Assembly (NCBI RefSeq): GCF_006345805.1
Contig: NC_043001.1
Location: forward strand, 134,974,001 to 135,038,000
Direction: 5' to 3'
DNA length: 64,000 nt
DNA from: Octopus sinensis
Taxonomy: Eukaryota
Position numbers and translations under genes: made by a program. How positions within the stretch are numbered: the first letter of the stretch is position 1; each line of letters opens with the position of its first letter. Below are positions 25,636-39,252 of this stretch, piece by piece. A model generated the notes under the pieces. The model was not told the origin of the DNA. It saw nothing but the letters and a program-made list of their open reading frames with translations, and did no database searches.

Positions 25636-26269
25636 GTATGGTAGCGACTACTGCTCAACACTTGTTCTTTGCAACAATAAATCTGATGACTCAACAGGGT
25701 GGTGGTAGTGGCTTGGTCTGAAATCAACAGTGATCAAGTCGTTATATGATTAAAGACATTAATGCAATGACCATCCAATTTAGACATTTTGAACCTAAGG
25801 TCACATTTAATATGTCCTTTAAGACGGCAGGGTGTGGTGTTCAACAGACGTTGCTGCTATCTCTAGGATTTCGAGCGACCACATAGCGGTCGTCTGTTTT
25901 TATCCTATCCTAATTAGTACTGATTTCTCAATTGGCACAATGCATTTTTGTTATTAGCTTGGTCTGAAAGAAAGGCCAAAGACGGCGGTCTTCACAACCC
26001 TTTGAGACCAGTGGCAATGATGACGTTCACTTTCCGCTTAACCCTTTACCATTCAGATATTCTGTCAAAAGCGATGCTAATTTATTCACATTGTTTTCAG
26101 TTAATCATGCATTATCTCACAGCTTCAAGATTTCGATGATATGATTGCGTTATTTTTAGAATGACACTGTAAGGTAGGTGCGAAATATCAGATCTGCTTG
26201 GTATGAATGTAAAACTGGTAGAATATTTGGACCAGATGCGACCGGTTTAAACACTAAAAGGTTAAAGTA

Positions 26270-27495
26270 TTGAAGGTCTCTGGCTGCAGGAAAAAGAAAA
26301 CCTGGCTGATTAAGAATTTCAGATCAACGTTTTGTAGAGGAAGGACTAAGAATTGTTGATAGAGTGGGGTCTGTGAAAGTCAAATAGCGAGAGGAGGAGA
26401 GGTGATATCACTGTCGATATCACTGTGTGGAGGTGGCGTGAGAGCAGCCAACTCTGCGGGGCAGAGGCCACTATTGTTGTGGTATGGGCGGCGAGCTGGC
26501 AGAATCGTTAGCACGCCGGGCGAAATGCCTAGTGGTATTTCGTCTGCCGCTACGTTCTGAGTTCAAATTCCGCCGAGGTCGACTTTACCTTTCATCCTTT
26601 CGGGGTCGATAAATTAAGTACCAGTTACACACTGGGGTCGATATAATCGACGTAATACCTATGTCTGTCCTTGTTTGTCCCCTCTGTGTTTAGCCCCTTG
26701 TGGGTAATAAAGAAATAGGTATGGTGGTAGAAAATATAGAAGAGGTTGCTCATCTGTAGGCCATGTGCTGGAATGTGTCCGTGAGTAATTTTATGCCAGT
26801 CAGTCGAGTAGTCTTTCTCCGGACGTTTTCTACGTATGTCTATATGCGTTGGTGCAGTATCATACCATATGTAGGACCCTCTATAAAGCAGAGTTTTTAG
26901 TAGTTTTCTGGACTTTAAAGAGGAAGACCAATCTTTGCAATACAGTATTGTTATGATGGGGACGTGTGTTTAATAGATGAGGCCCTCAGTGATAGTGAAG
27001 ACCGATTCTGAGGATTCTAACTCTGTACGGTTCGCGTTTAGAGGAAGTAGGGCAAGGTGTGATAATGTTTTCTTGATATGAACTGTGATTGTGTCTTTTA
27101 CTGTTGACAACAAGATTAGCAGACTCCAATTCGAGAATATTTTCAAGGTCTCTGTTTATGGAATTACTGCAGGTTGGGTGCAAGGCGCGAGGTTGCGTGT
27201 GGACGACACTTGGTTGCAGAAGGTGAGGGAGAAATGAGGAGTTGCCATCACTTCCAGTGATGGCAACCAGGTCGTTGAGAAAGAGCGTAGGTGCTAATAC
27301 CGAAATCTGAGGTATGCCAGAGACGACAGTTTATAGGTCAGAAAGAGCTCCATTGGCACACGCCGCGATCGCACGATCCGATAAGGTAATACCAATCTAA
27401 GAGATAAAAGACGAATGAAGTCCAAACTCAGGTAGTTTTGCCAGGAGATTCGAGTGCCAGACCCAATTGAAAGTTCGTTGATGCCAAGGGAATCA
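26270..27495 (-). mobile_element. Degenerate CR1/L2/Jockey-group LINE RT fragment, interrupted by a SINE B
   Basis: Minus-strand frames give FNWVWHSNLLAKLPEFG...SGIPQISVLAPTLFLNDL...NRDLENILE, resembling RT domains (KAFDRVWH, GVPQGSVLGP). Confidence 0.75.
26487..26722 (+). mobile_element. tRNA-derived SINE, family B (full length), nested in LINE
   Basis: Head GGCGGCGAGCTGGCAGAATCG...GAGTTCAAATTCC; tail GGGTAATAAAGAAATAGGTAT; flanked by GGTATGG repeat (26481-26487, 26718-26724). Confidence 0.92.
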
Positions 27496-27569
27496 GCATT
27501 CCTTTCACAAGATCTTTCGAGGTGATAGGAGGTTTTGCTTTTCGAAAGTCGTACCGATGGTCATGAGAG

Positions 27570-27614
<45 letters not shown>

Positions 27615-27967
27615 GAGAGGAGAGAGAGAAAGAAAGAAAGAGAGAGAGAGAGAGTGAGACTGAAGAGTATAAGGTTTGCTCTCGTCTTTGATCACCACTC
27701 TGCTCAATCAAGAATGGTCACGGTTGGAAAGTCTTTGGTTATAACTCTGCTTAGCCAGTGCAAACCTGGGGCAAACAACATTGAGGGTATTGGCAAGGCC
27801 GTTTGCTGGATCATATTGATTTGAAGCGACTAGAAGTACTTCGGTGAGTCTGGTGGAGTGAAAGAGGATAGATTTTGTGTGTGTAGTGTAAACGGTATTT
27901 GTGGATCTTTCTCTACAGGAGTATACTGGTCACAGAACCATCACGATTATTATTTGTAGGGTAGAAG

Positions 27968-28150
27968 TTGCGAGCTGGTAGAATCGTTATCGCGCTCGGA
28001 CAAAATGCTCAGCAGCATTTCTTCTGGCTTTGCATTCTGAGTTCAAATTCCGCCGAGAGCGATTTTTGCCTTTCATCTTTCCGGGGGTCGATGATATCAA
28101 CTTGCACCCACACCCCTGAAACTGCTGGCCAAAATTTGAAATCATTATTT
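27968..28150 (+). mobile_element. Older SINE, family B-related
   Basis: GAGCTGGTAGAATCG...GAGTTCAAATTCC...TTTGCCTTTCATC...AAATTTGAAATC. Confidence 0.7.
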
Positions 28151-28325
28151 GTATGATAGTACACGATGGGTTGAATCAATCTCAGAGGGATAAGGGAAAA
28201 GTCGATTTTGGCAGGATTTGAACTAAGAACGAAGAGACAATATCACAATACTTTCTGAAGTTTCTGCTGACTCTTGCCTTGATCGAATAGAACTAAGACT
28301 AAAAGCGTTCTAGTCCTGTTTATCT

Positions 28326-28655
28326 TGGCTCAGTGGTTAGAGCGTCGAGCTTACGATCGTGAGGTTGTGAGCTCGAATCCCGGACCGGGCTGCGTGTTGT
28401 GTTCTTGAGCAAGACACTTTATTTCACGTTGCTCCAGTTCACTCAGCTGTAGAAATGAGTTGCGACGTCACAGGTGCCAAGCTGTATCGGCCCTTTCGTT
28501 TCCCTTGGATAACATCGGTGACATGGAGAGGGGAGGCCGGTATGCATGGGCGACTGCTGGTCTTCCAATAAAACAACCTTGCCCAGACTTGTGCCTCAGA
28601 GGGTAACTCTCTAGGTGCAAACCCATGGTCAGTGTCTGACCGAAGGGGGTCACCA
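28326..28655 (+). mobile_element. tRNA-derived SINE, family D (CORE-like centre)
   Basis: A-box TGGCTCAGTGG, B-box-like GCTCGAATCC, then GTGTTGTGTTCTTGAGCAAGACACTTT...CTGTAGAAATGAG. A diverged relative lies near 30160-30300. Confidence 0.75.
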
Positions 28656-29364
28656 TCATACCAGAAAGTAGCACTGTTTAATATATTGTTTTATTTCAAG
28701 TCAGAAAATATAATTTGAAGGATATTTGATATTTGGTATTTCTATCAGGTCAAAGAAACATTTAGAGCTTTTCTCATTGATTCGTAATAAATGAGCTAAC
28801 GAGTGAGCTTCTACGTGGTCACTCAGCCGGTTAGGAATAGAAATTATACCTCCCTCAAATTACACGCTAGCTAATTGTTAAAAAAGGATTCATTGGTTAA
28901 CGTAACCCTGGACACATAATGTACGGCTGGAACGTGTTTGATAATAGGCCTGCACAATCAGAGTTTACCTGGGACTAGACAACAACAACAACAACAATGT
29001 ATATGAGAAGATTAGTAGAAATAGCAGTCACATCTACTTTATACCATGCCCAATCCCTAAGGGGGTGCACTAAACTGCAGTGCCCCCTCGCTATTCAATG
29101 GTGCACTCTCAGATTTACAGACACACTTATTTCGAAACTCCACTTCAGCATTATAACAAATTAGCGCCCACCCAGAATATTCTGAAGTACCCCTAGGCAC
29201 CAAAATCTGGCGACGGACCTGCCTTATATCATACTCAAAAAGGAAGGATACATCAGATAATATTGTGTCTGAAAAATATAAATGGAAAAGTCACTGTTGT
29301 AACATCTTAAATGATATCTCTGCTTAATCAATACTAACCCGGGGCTAAACAACCCGCAATATAT

Positions 29365-29369
29365 ACTAC

Positions 29370-29412
<43 letters not shown>

Positions 29413-29539
29413 CTATATATATATATACCATATATATATATATCTACATATATATATATATATATATAATATATATACTATATATATATATATACATATA
29501 TAGATATATCATATATATATATATATCATATATATATAC

Positions 29540-29571
<32 letters not shown>

Positions 29572-29636
29572 CAATACATATATATATATATATACATATA
29601 TATATACATTTATATATATATATACTATATATATAC

Positions 29637-29687
<51 letters not shown>

Positions 29688-30005
29688 CATATATATATAC
29701 ATATACGTATATATAGCATATACGTATTATACATATACATATATATATACATATACATATATATATACTATACATATATATATACATATACATATATATA
29801 TCCATATTCATATATATATACATTACATATATATATACATATACATATATATATACATATATATATACATAACATATATATATACATTACATATATAATA
29901 CATATACATATATATAACATCTACATATATATAATATATATATATATTTTATATATATATATATAATATATATATATAATATATAGATATATATATATAT
30001 AATAT
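29365..30005. repeat. (AT)n/(ATAC) array
   Basis: Direct reading. Confidence 0.95.
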
Positions 30006-30868
30006 CTACTAGTATACGCCGTTTAAAATTCTTAGTGGCCTAGAAATTATGTAAAAACTGCCGTTCAACCGAAAGATCCAAGGGTGAAATTTTTGAAAAC
30101 TAAACATCATATGTTTCTTCTGGGTCCCCCCCCTTTCCATATGACTGTATCTGGAGGGGAGTGTAGGCGTGGGACCCAATGGATCGCAGGGTCGTGGTTT
30201 CTATTCCCGGACCGGGCAGCGTGCTGTATTCTCGAACAAAACATTTCACTTCGCATTGCTCCAACTCACTCGGCTACAAATGGATAACCCAGCGACGGAC
30301 TGACGTCTGTTCAGAGTTGGGGGAAAAGCGTTGGGATCTCGGTCAGCTATACAACATGGAAACCAGGTGACCGGTCCCCATGAGTCCCAGGAGACTCGAG
30401 ATAGTAATGTCCAAGTGATGATGGTGATGATGATGATGATGACTCAGAACAGAGGCAATGCATTCATGTGGCTTCCGAGCCCCGATGGGTGAAAAGGAGA
30501 AAGAAAGTTATCCTCAAATTCCTGGCTTTGAGTGTGTCGTGAAAGACCTGGTTGGAGGCCCAACCTTCCGAGTTCTTCTACAGGACCTAGTAAAACTGAA
30601 GGACCGCTGCAATAAGTGTGTGAATCCGAGTGGGAAATATGGTGAATATAACCATAATTTATTGATCTTCCTGTCTTTCCTTCTACCACCAGTTAGGACG
30701 TTTTAGCACACTCCGGTAATATTATGTTGGCCTGCCCGCTTAGCCAGCGGGGTGGCGTCATTTGAAGGCAAACAATGCGAATCGCATTGCGACCATTATA
30801 TATATTATATAATATATATATATATATATAATATATATATATATATATTATATATATATGTATATATA

Positions 30869-31163
30869 TATCACCGTGATCACCGGACCGACTATGCTAT
30901 CAGATTTGCTACACATCGCTGGTCACAATCGCTTCGCGTTGTTTTAGCCTTCAAATGACGCACTCCGCTGGCTAAGCGGGCAGTCCACAGAAAAAGAGTG
31001 AGAGAAGTTGTGGTGAAAGAGTACAGCAGGGATCGCCACCACCCCCTGTCGGAGCCGCGTGGAGCTTTAGGGGTGCTTCCGCTCAATAAACACTCACAAC
31101 GCCCGGTCTGGAAATCGAAACCGCGAGTCCGCTGCCCTAACCACTGGGTCATTGCGGCTCCAC
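30869..31163 (-). mobile_element. SINE with family A head but a different 3' half
   Basis: Matches family A from the head to ~30990, then continues with an unrelated tail (CTGCCCGCTTAGCCAGCGG...GATCACGGTGATA) ending in (AT)n. Confidence 0.8.
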
Positions 31164-31282
31164 ACACACACATATAATATATAATATATTATATATATAT
31201 ATATATATTATATAATATATATATATATTATCTATATATTATATATGTATATATATATATATGTATATATTATATATATATA

Positions 31283-31316
<34 letters not shown>

Positions 31317-31356
31317 ATATATATATATATAATGTATATATTATGTATATAATATT

Positions 31357-31398
<42 letters not shown>

Positions 31399-31527
31399 TG
31401 TGTGTGCGTGCATGAAGACATGCATGTATATAAGCATGTACCGATATTTGGATGTGTTCATGTGTATGTATTTAAGATCGTGTAATTAACAGTTTTTGCA
31501 TGTGAGTATATTTCACCAGTACACGCA

Positions 31528-31573
<46 letters not shown>

Positions 31574-31739
31574 CACGCACGCACACACACACACACAAAG
31601 TCATTCGTATGGAAATATTCGCATGCTTCATTCACAGTGGATTTGTGAATGAGCATCAAAGATGAGTCAAACGATATATTGATAAATAATTGATTAACTG
31701 TTTACACATACATACCCTTCCACAAATATACGAGCTTCT

Positions 31740-32037
<298 letters not shown>

Positions 32038-32670
32038 TAATTAGATTGTTGATAGATACATCTACCTATCTCTCTACACAAACACATACACGCATACACC
32101 CGTATACTGTTGAATTCTCTCCCTCCCTCCTTTCTCTCCCCCACTTCATCCATACATATCTCTTTCTTCCTCTTTCGCTCTCCCATCATGAATCACTCTT
32201 CCATAATCTGAAACATGTGATATTTCCTTCAATTCGCTCCTTTCAATTCTTGACCCGATCTAGCTCTCAACGCGACCGACGAGTTGGGGGGCGCATCGAC
32301 GAGGTTTCTTGGCATGTTAGAAATAGCAGCAAAATTTCGCGCTCTCCCTTCCACCAAATCATACCTAAATTGCTCTAAAACTTTGGTTCCCAACCATTTT
32401 TTGGATCTATTCAATTTGACGTACAGATTTTTTAATTAATTTTTTAACACTAAACACTTTGAAACTTCGGATACTGGTGGAATGTATCATGTAGAACAGG
32501 GCTTACCCTTAGCGTTTTTGACAAACTTTTGTATTTTAGAAGTTATTTAGTGTTAAAGTTGTCGTATTTGGATAATTCTAACCAATCAATGACGTGTATT
32601 CAGCTGAAGTCAGTCTGTCTGCCTGCCTGCCTGCCTCCCTCCCTGCCTGCCTTCCTGCCTACCTACCTAC

Positions 32671-32721
<51 letters not shown>

Positions 32722-33578
32722 ATCTATCTGTTTCAGGGTTGTTTCAGGGTTGATTTGAGGCTAGATAACAAGAAAATTATTACTGGGACAGACCAAAGAC
32801 GGAGCCTGTATGTTGTTGCATGACTTGCTAAAAAAAGGAGCCAAACTTTTTTTTATATATAGAATAGAAAAGTCTCTGCCACATTCAACCAGTATCCAAA
32901 GTTTCAAACTGTTTACTTAAAAAAAAAAAAAATTTAATCCTGTAAGATCGTACATAATATTACCGAGTTCCCATACCATTTTCTATTCATTTCAGACAAA
33001 AATCTGAATAAATTACGCTAGTCAAGGGAGTCCCAATATTTGGAATATGGATACTCGCTATCTTTTATTCTTTCGGCATTTCTTTAACTTTAGCTGCTTC
33101 ATCATTCAGTGAAGTATATTGTTTTAACCACAGGTTAGCTCTGATTGTAATGGATCTGTGAGAAAAGGCGTTCCAGCCATGACCATTTTCTCTTATTCTT
33201 TTCTAGAAGTAATGAATTCCTTAGCGAACATTATAAAATAATATAAACTTGAATTTTTTTTTTCTTGAAGACAGAAATTTCATTTTTCTTTTTATTAGGA
33301 AGATTTGGTTGCTCTTTCTAGCAATTTGAGCAACCAGATAAAGGCTCTCTCTCGTTGCCTCGTCTCGTTCCCTTCTTCACCTGTTGTTTAGTCCCGAGTT
33401 GGATCTGATTGAACAGATATGATCAAAGACGTCCCAACTGTGACCATTCCGTTTTTCTTCCCAGACAAAATGGACTCTACGTGTATATCACAGGATAGAA
33501 GTTTTTCTATTCTGTATATAAAAAAAGGTTGGCTGCTTTTTCTAGCAGGTCATGCAACAACATACAGGCTCCGTCGTT

Positions 33579-33930
33579 GGTTGGGGAAAAATTCCTCATC
33601 CACCTTATTCTCCCAACCATGCTCCTTCAGACTACCATTTGTTTAGTAGTTTACAGAATCATTTGGAGGACATAACTTTCACAAGCGAGGAGGAGGTCGA
33701 AACTGACATTTCAGAGGTCTCCGCTTTGAAATCAAAAGTGTTTTACATTGATGGGATTAAAAACCTTGTAAAAAGATGGAAGGAAGTCATAGATAATCAG
33801 GGAAAGTACATTGATGATTAAATTTCAATTAAATATAACATTTGTCATGTCAGAATGTAAACTACCAGAGGAATTTGATCACTTGTTTTCTTTATTCAAA
33901 ATTCGGATAGAACTTATGGGATACCTGATA
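33579..33930 (+). mobile_element. Mariner transposase C-terminal fragment plus 3' end
   Basis: IPHPPYSPNHAPSDYHLFSSLQNHL...GIKNLVKRWKEVIDNQGKY (mariner YSPDLAPxD motif), followed by a TIR-like end AACTTATGGGATACCTGATA. Confidence 0.88.
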
Positions 33931-33998
33931 CTTATTCTGATCACTTTAGGACGGAATCACTGAAATAACAATAAGTGGTTGATAATATTAAGCAGACA

Positions 33999-34200
33999 AA
34001 GCCAGCGAACTGGCAGAATCGTTAGTACGCTGAGCAAAATTCTTAGCGGTGTTTCACCAATTCTGACGTTCTGAGTTCAAATTCCGCCAAGGTCGGCTTT
34101 GCCTTTCATCCTATCGGAGTAGATGAAATAAGTACCAGTTAAGCTTACCCCACTCCCGAAAAAATGTTGGCATTGTGCTAAAATTTGAAAGCAATATTAA
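33999..34200 (+). mobile_element. Older SINE, family B-related, with TSD
   Basis: AATATTAAGCA repeated at 33984-33994 and 34193-34203. Confidence 0.8.
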
Positions 34201-36134
34201 GCAAACGATATAATATCATCAGCGTGTCTTGGAATCTCTAATTGTGATAACAATAAGTTGATTGATAACATTGTGATTATAATAACCGGCTATTTGTATT
34301 GTTTTTTGTTCTTTTCGTTGTACATGGGGACCTATTTAGTGCGATCAGTTGGGTACAGAGCCACTTAGACAACAATGACCGGGTGATGACATTAAGCAGA
34401 CTATATAATATACTGAGCGCTGTTTGAAAGCCACTAATTGTCAATTAATAACATTGTTTGTGATTGTAATAAACGGTTGTTTCTTTTTTGTTTTTGTTCT
34501 TTTCATTTTACTGAGGAATCCACTTATTGTGGTCACTTTGGAACAGAACCACTAGAATAACAATAAACGGCTGATAATATTAAACAGACGACATAATAAT
34601 ATCCCGAGTGTGTTTGGGAGCCACTTATGATAAAAGTAGTTGATCAATAACATTGTGATTATAATAAACAGCTATTATTGATTTTTAATATGGGTAGAGA
34701 GCCACACGAATATTGGGGTATAAATAGACTAGATCGATATATCGATTCCGGGTCTTGGCAAGTATTCTATTCTATCGACCCTTGAAGGATGAAAAGCGAA
34801 GCTGACCCCTCCTTGTCAGGATTTGAACTCAGAACGTAAGGAAATGTAACTGAACTCAAAACGTAAAAGGCATCATACGCCATTTAAGGGACCGTCTACT
34901 TGTTCTACTACTCCTCCCTTTTAGTTATTGATTCAAAATGTTGGATTAATGAGGGATTAATTAGAAATAAATCGATCGAATCGAATCGAACCCAGTACAT
35001 GACTAATACCTTTATCGATTTGGAAGGAATAAAAGGCAAAGTCAACTCCGGCGAGATTTGAACTCGGAACGTAAAGAGTCTAAAATACTACAATATATTT
35101 TGTCCACCATTCTACTGATTCAGACATGTTTAATGCTAAATCAATTTATTATCGTATTCTTTTACTTGTTTCAATCAATGGACTGCTGTCATGCTAGTCA
35201 CCTTGAAGTGTTTAGCCGATCAAATCGACCCCCAGTACTTATGTTTTTAATGTCTGGGTACATATCCTATTGGTCTATTTTCCCTGATTCGCTTAGCCAC
35301 GAGGACACAAACAAACCAACACTGGTTGTCAACTGACGAGAGACAAACCAAAAAACCAAAGATTCAAATTTGTACATAATTTCGAATCTTCATCAGAATA
35401 TTTAATTTATACAGTAAAAATCTAATTAATCTTAATATAAATTTATATATGAGAACAACCAGTGGTAAACCCTCGACTTGCTATAAAGAGCAGCCTAAGT
35501 CCTCCCAAACAGTACCGCTCCAAAAAGGGTGGGTCACAGGAAATGATGTAACTCTAAATACACAATGCACAAAACAAGGGCGTAATAGTCATGGTTGGAA
35601 CTACTGAGATCGTAGGTCTCCTCAGGTTAGATCTGGGGCTAAACAACTGAAGATTAGTGTAGGACAACCTCTTTAGGACAAAACCTCGCCTGGACAACTC
35701 TTCAGAAAACCCTCTTTGGACATCCTACCCAGATAACCTCCTCCTCGAACTAAATTCTCACGTTTAAAATGTAAAGCGGGACACAATTACCCACGTTCAA
35801 AAACAATAATACGTGAAATTTAATACAGAAAAAAATCCATCTATTTAATAATTATTTTAATAAGGAAATTAGAGCACCCAATGAAATCAAGTCTTTAAAC
35901 AACCTAGAAGAATGTTCGGTAGAATTACCTAGGTAACGTAATCTGATTATGTTACCTAGGTAACACAATCAACAGTGGAGCTAGTTATTGTATAAGACAA
36001 CAATAAGGAAGATAAAGTATTGAATTATAAATACAGACGTTAACACATGCACTTAAATATTGCTCTGTAATGCATACGTAAATGCATAACTCACTATTTT
36101 ATAACAAAACATTGTAGTATTGTGCTGTGGTAGG

Positions 36135-36430
36135 TGCAAATATGACTGTGTAGGTAAGAAGCTCGATTAGTAATCACGTTATTTCAAGTTCAGTCCAACT
36201 GCGTGACACATACTATAGCTCCGGAATGACCGATATCTTTTGAGTGGACTTAGTAGATGGAAACTGTGTCGAAGCCCGTCGTATATATGTATATACATGT
36301 GTGTGTGTATTTGTCCCCCTTTATCATAAGCACCAGACATATAAAAGTCAATTTGTTCGACTAAAACACTGCAAGGCGGTGCTCCAGCATGGTCGCAGTC
36401 CAATGACTAAAAGAAGTAAAAGATAAAGAT
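36135..36430 (+). mobile_element. Diverged SINE family C-related copy
   Basis: TAGATGGAAACTGTGTCGAAGCCCGTCGTATATATG and GGCGGTGCTCCAGCATGGTCGCAGTCCAATGACT tail. Confidence 0.75.
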
Positions 36431-36668
36431 AATATATTTCTTTACTACCCACAAGGGGCTAAACACAGAGGGGACAAACAAGGACAGACAAACGGATTAA
36501 GTCGATTACATCGATCCCAGTGCGTAACTGGTACTTAATTTATCGACCCCGAAAGGATGAAAGGCAAAGTCGACCTCGACGGAATTTGAACTCACAACGT
36601 AACAGCAGACGAAATACCTCTAAGCATTTCACCCGGCGTGCTAACTTTTCGGCCAGCTCTCCGCCTTT
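36431..36668 (-). mobile_element. SINE family B with 18-bp TSD
   Basis: AGATAAAGATAATATATT at 36421-36438 and 36672-36689. Confidence 0.92.
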
Positions 36669-37240
36669 CATAGATAAAGATAATATATTAACATTTCCAT
36701 TATGTGTGGTCAGCTGATTTACAAGGAAAACACTATAAATATTTTTCTGTAATATATTCATTAGTATTTACATAATAAATATGTAACTCCCTATTTTACA
36801 GCAAGGAAATATAATTATTATTCCGTAACACATACAGTATTTTACAAGGACGATATGATAAGTATATGATAAGTATATGATAAGATTACACTGAAATACT
36901 TACATTTATACATTTTTCCTCCTAACGATATGGGTAACACATTCTTTTTACAATTAATTAATTAGTTAATCAATTATTTTGATTATGTAATTATATAAAT
37001 AAATATGTTTTATGCCATTGAAACAGCTGTTGGGCTCAATTACATTATGTGATATATGTGAATTTCATGCTTTTCTACCTTTTATTCTAAATATGCTGTT
37101 CTCAGAGATCGTTTCAGCTGATTCTGTGTGTGCATGCATGTTTGTTCGACCGGGATTTATTGCATTGTAACAACGCATTGGAATTTGATGTATTATCAAT
37201 TAAGCTGTTAATTAATGTAGTTTTTTTACGTTTATACGTC

Positions 37241-37294
<54 letters not shown>

Positions 37295-37524
37295 ATATAT
37301 ATATATATTAATAATAAAATATTAGTGAATAAATCCAAACTTACAGGGAAAAATCAGATTTAGGATTGAATCCAATTTTATAGTAAAATATTATATTATA
37401 TTAAATTAGAGATAAAACCACTATTAGGCAAATCATACAATGAAAAATTTAAGCCAATACATAAGATTAATTAATTTATATTATTTTAAATATATATCAA
37501 AATTATTAACATATTATAAATTTT

Positions 37525-37690
37525 CGTCTGTCTTTAAGTTCTGAGTTCAAATTCCGCTGAGGTCGACTTTGCCTTTCATCGTTTCGGGGTCGATAGATCA
37601 AGTACCAGTTGCGAACTGAGGTCGATCTAATCGACTGGCCCCCTCTCCAAAAATTTCGGGCCTTGTGCCTTGAGTAGAAAAGAACATACT
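37525..37690 (+). mobile_element. 5'-truncated SINE family B variant
   Basis: GAGTTCAAATTCC, core, and tail CCCCCTCTCCAAAAATTTCGGGCCTTGTGCCTTGAGTAGAAA; the same tail variant occurs at ~53640. Confidence 0.8.
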
Positions 37691-39016
37691 ATAAATTTGT
37701 AGCTCACTCTTTTACAAGAGAACAAAATTGTTTCCACAATCATAAAAGTTGAACTTCCATTAATTTGTTCGAGACATTTTTTGGGGGGGGGGATGGGGAA
37801 CTCACCCCCTGAAAAAAATTTTTGTTAAAAAAACTTTAAACAGTTTTGTTCGTAGGCGGGAATTTTTAAATAACCCCACTAACTTTTTAATATCTCCACC
37901 CCACGATACTGGTAGGAAGAAAGTAGGATGTTATCTTCAAATCGAAGATCTAACAAAATTGCTAGTAACAAATTTGAAGGCATTCATTTACCACGTGGTA
38001 GCGTTAAAGTAGATGATGGATTAAATCTATCACCTAAAAATTTAGAAGGCTGAGTGCCAGAACAAAGATGCCAAAGGAACCCGTCTGATGCTCTGACAAT
38101 TCTAGCAATCCACCGTTATGGATTGTTACTTTATTTTATCTGCCCAAAAGGATGAAAAGTATGAATGACCACAGCAAGATTTGATCTCAGATTTCTGAGG
38201 GTTGGGAAAAATACTGCAAAGCATTTTGTCTTACATGCTAATAACTTTGCCATTTCTCCGCTATGCTTAACCTTTTGCCAGCCATGACGGAGCAAATTCC
38301 AGATGAAGAGTTTTCGCCAGAAGTACTGATAATTCGAAGCCTCGCACAAATTTTGATCTCCTGTAATCAAACACTGAATCAGAACAATCCCCAAAACAAA
38401 TAATATGGAGTTCAGCTAGCCTAGATTTTTCGAAGAGGTAGAGTATTTTTTTTTGCCATACACTACACCAAATGACAATTAATACGGATTGCTGATCACA
38501 TACACTACTAATATGAGAAAATGTGAAAAATGAAATCAGGGCGAATCCAAGGGAGTGGTCGTTCCACTCACTTGAAATCTAGTGGAGCACAACACACAAA
38601 ATACCAGCAGTTCAACCTTTGTTATTAACTTGAAACTTCTGACATACCACTCTTAAATATCCATTCGTCGACGATTATTTGTCGGCCAATGTTTTGAAGA
38701 AAGTCTGGAGAACCATTTCAAGTGTAACCATGGTTGTAGATTTAAAACTAATGGAAGTTTTTTTTACAAAGGTGTTTTAAAACAAAGTAACGACAAAAAC
38801 ATGTCGGCTGTTTTGTAATCATTCTGCAGTTTACATATTCGGATTTCACTGGTATATATCTAAGAACTCTCAACTTGTTCAGCTTGAGTTCGATGTAGTC
38901 TATCAATATAATATATTGTTTCAACTATGGGCATAAGGTCTGACATTTTGTTGGAAGGGGGACTAGTCGATTACAACGACTGCAGTACTCAACTAGTATT
39001 TATTTCATCAATTGAA

Positions 39017-39252
39017 GGCGGCGAGCTGGCAGAAACGTTAACACGCCGGGCGAAATGCTTAGCGGTATTTCGTCTGCCGTTACGTTCTGAGTTCAAATTC
39101 CGCCGAGGTTGACTTTGCCTTTCATCCTTTCGGGGTCGATAAATTAAGTACCAGTTCCGCCCTGGGGTCGATGTAATCGACTTAATACCTATGTCTGTCC
39201 TTGTTTGTCCCCTCTGTGTTTAACCCCTTGTGGGTAATAAAGAAATAGGTAT
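39017..39252 (+). mobile_element. SINE family B with 18-bp TSD, nested in an older opposite-strand B-related copy
   Basis: GTATTTATTTCATCAATT at 38996-39013 and 39249-39266. Confidence 0.92.

Noticed and set aside
28326-28390. tRNA-like sequences at SINE heads
   Set aside because: A and B boxes are present but there is no complete cloverleaf or acceptor stem, and they continue into SINE bodies; not called tRNA genes.
30445-30700. Possible RTE-like ORF2 C-terminal remnant
   Set aside because: Only a vague resemblance (VKDL, DR, NPSG); too degenerate to call without a profile search.
35365-35400. Minus-strand CTGATGAAGATTCGAAA
   Set aside because: The core is present, but stem I does not pair next to any NUH triplet and stem II is too short.
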